From Gemmatimonadota bacterium (lineage in GTDB: Bacteria; Gemmatimonadota; Gemmatimonadetes; Gemmatimonadales; Gemmatimonadaceae), in the NCBI GenBank assembly GCA_947471365.1, contig CANIWQ010000003.1:705-64704 (forward strand): a stretch of 64,000 bases of DNA. Reading direction: 5' to 3'. Within the stretch, counting starts at the first letter, position 1, and each line of letters begins with the position of its first letter. This document shows, piece after piece, positions 62,467 to 64,000 of this stretch. The notes under the pieces were generated by a model. The model did not search any database and was not told where the DNA came from. It was given only the letters and a program-made list of their open reading frames with translations. Made by a program: the position numbers and the translations under genes.

Positions 62467-63315
62467 ATGCCAATCTTGTACCTCCTGCTGCACCCCGCCG
62501 CGCGCCTGAGTTGGCAAGACTTCAGCGTGCATTGGAGCACCGTCATCGGACTGGCGGCATTGCAGGCGCTGTACGAATGGCGGTTGCGCGTGCACGCCAG
62601 CGGTGGCGCGAGCGCCGACGAGACCGCCGGTCCGTCGGTGGGACGCCGTGCGTCGTTCACGCTTGGGCTGCTGGTGATGTTTGTGACGCTGAATGGCCCG
62701 CTCCACGACCTCAGCGACTATTACCTGTTCAGCGCGCATATGGTGCAGCACCTGATTCTCGCTCTCCTGGTGCCGCCGCTCCTGCTCTATGGGACGCCCG
62801 GCTGGATGCTGCGACCGGCGCTCGATCTGCCGGGGGTGCGCACCATCGCTACGCGTGTGAGCGGTGGGCGGGCGGCCTTTGCCATCTTCAACTTGACGAT
62901 GGCGTTCTGGCATCTGCCACCGATGTACAACACGGCGATGACCTTTCACCCCGTACACATCGCGCAGCACCTCACGATGCTCATCGCGGCGACCATTATG
63001 TGGTGGCCGCTGCTCAGCCCGTTGCCCGAACTGCCGCGCCTCTCGTATCCGGGGCAGATGCTCTACAGCTTTCTGATGACCATTCCGATGTCGGTCGTTG
63101 CCGTGTACATCACGATGGCCGACCACACGCTCTACCCCGCGTATAGCTCTGCTCCGCGCATTTGGGGCTTCACTCCGTTGGCGGATCAGCAGTTGGGCGG
63201 GTTGATCATGTGGATCCCAGGCGGCCTGTTTTTCGTTGGCGTCGCGTCGTTTGTGTTCTTCAAATGGTCGGCGAGTGGCGCCGATTCCGAGAAAGGCGCG
63301 CAGGTGCGGAATTGA
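62467..63315 (+). CDS. ctaG: cytochrome c oxidase assembly factor CtaG (caa3_CtaG family membrane protein)
   Basis: Multi-TM protein with HMVQHLILALLVPPLLLYGTP and MWIPGG motifs. Confidence 0.85.
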   Translation: MPILYLLLHPAARLSWQDFSVHWSTVIGLAALQALYEWRLRVHASGGASADETAGPSVGRRASFTLGLLVMFVTLNGPLHDLSDYYLFSAHMVQHLILALLVPPLLLYGTPGWMLRPALDLPGVRTIATRVSGGRAAFAIFNLTMAFWHLPPMYNTAMTFHPVHIAQHLTMLIAATIMWWPLLSPLPELPRLSYPGQMLYSFLMTIPMSVVAVYITMADHTLYPAYSSAPRIWGFTPLADQQLGGLIMWIPGGLFFVGVASFVFFKWSASGADSEKGAQVRN

Positions 63316-63344
63316 TGGAGCCCTCCGGCGCGGCTGCGCGTTGG

Positions 63345-63373
63345 TGGTCAACTCGGCGAGCGAGCGGTAGAAT
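63345..63373 (+). promoter_or_regulatory. candidate sigma70-like promoter TGGTCA-N17-TAGAAT
   Basis: Hexamers at 63345-50 and 63368-73, ~35 nt upstream of GTG 63407. Pattern match only. Confidence 0.3.
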
Positions 63374-63406
63374 GTCCACCATCACCTTCAGACGAGAGAG
63401 CAGCCG

Positions 63407-64000
63407 GTGAGCCTGGAATCCCGTCGCGAGCGGCTCGTGGCGCTCGACGTTTTTCGCGGCATGACGGTCGCGTCCATGTTGCTCGTGAACAATCCGGGCA
63501 CGTGGGGCGCCATCTATCCGCCGCTCGAGCACGCGGAGTGGAACGGGTGGACCCCTACCGATCTGATTTTCCCATTTTTTCTGTTTATTGCTGGCATCAC
63601 GACGCACCTCTCGCTCTCGTCTCGCCGAGCGCAGGGCGCGGATGACGGGGCGCTCCAGCGCCAGATCGTGCGCCGCGGCGCGATGATCGTGCTCTTTGGA
63701 CTCCTGCTCGGCGCCTTTCCGTTTTACCAGCTGGATCGGTGGGTACACCTGCGGATCCCAGGGGTGCTGCAGCGCATTGGCATGGCGTACGCCCTCTCAG
63801 CGTTGATCACCATGCGGGGGACGCTCAAGCAGCAGGTGATGGTGCTGGTGGCGTTGCTGTATGGGTACTGGTTTGCCATGACCCTGCTCCCCGTGCCTGG
63901 GGCGGACGGTGGGATTGGCGCCAATCTGCTCAATGCCCCGTCTCGTACGCTGGCGGCCTGGCTTGACCGGTTACTGCTCGACGGCCACCTCTGGGTAACC
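63407..64000 (+). CDS. DUF1624 / heparan-alpha-glucosaminide N-acetyltransferase-like membrane acyltransferase (3' end outside window)
   Basis: My translation from GTG 63407 is VSLESRRERLVALDVFRGMTVASMLLVNNPGTWGAIYPPLEHAEWNGWTPTDLIFPFFLFIAG... The frame is open to the window edge. It is not in the ORF track. Confidence 0.8.
   Translation, partial: MSLESRRERLVALDVFRGMTVASMLLVNNPGTWGAIYPPLEHAEWNGWTPTDLIFPFFLFIAGITTHLSLSSRRAQGADDGALQRQIVRRGAMIVLFGLLLGAFPFYQLDRWVHLRIPGVLQRIGMAYALSALITMRGTLKQQVMVLVALLYGYWFAMTLLPVPGADGGIGANLLNAPSRTLAAWLDRLLLDGHLWVT

Noticed and set aside
1-64000. tRNA/rRNA genes, transposases, integrases, prophage or defence islands
   Set aside because: No T-loop-like GGTTCGAATCC motif occurs in any intergenic gap. 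No recombinase or nuclease-type ORFs are present and there is no abrupt compositional island. The window looks like core chromosome.

Overview
High-GC (roughly 65-70%) bacterial chromosomal segment with about 60 tightly packed CDS. Many neighbouring genes have 1-11 nt start/stop overlaps (ATGA/GTGA). The fused ccoNO, the many TolC/HlyD efflux sets and the STK-TPR proteins suggest a Gemmatimonadota-like or related lineage; this is an inference only.

Gene content in order:
- Peptide uptake and hydrolysis genes: OPT transporter, GDPD, amidohydrolase, M42 peptidase.
- A HEAT-repeat gene bracketed by tandem DNA arrays, then an HDAC-like gene.
- Repair and housekeeping genes: PolX, nth, PPIase.
- A PCP-motif P-type ATPase.
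- A complete cbb3 oxidase cluster: ccoNO-Q-P-G-H, a TauE-like gene, ccoI, ccoS.
- A CHASE3 kinase lacking its phospho-acceptor His.
- A TetR-TolC-EmrAB operon.
- An ECF-sigma-led TolC/MacA/MacB operon with no ABC ATPase and an RGG-rich insertion in the adaptor.
- TonB, PadR, kup, a PDZ protein, a ferritin-like/VIT1 fusion, cysteine synthase, leuS.
- MCP, then a Ser/Thr kinase coupled to a TPR protein.
- A Tat-glycosylasparaginase coupled to a channel with a degenerate filter.
- A GT4 plus DUF2334 pair.
- A caa3-type oxidase operon (ctaCDEF, ctaG).

I saw no rRNA, tRNA, CRISPR, transposase/integrase or recognisable defence genes, and no clearly novel multi-gene system can be demonstrated from sequence alone.

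Most unusual signals:
- The 10-bp and 12-bp perfect tandem arrays flanking the HEAT-repeat gene.
- A strong intrinsic terminator lying inside the predicted 5' end of the P-type ATPase ORF.
- The ATPase-less, sigma-coupled efflux operon with the Gly/Arg-rich adaptor insertion.
- The His-less sensor kinase.

All homology calls come from motif recognition by eye, not database searches.
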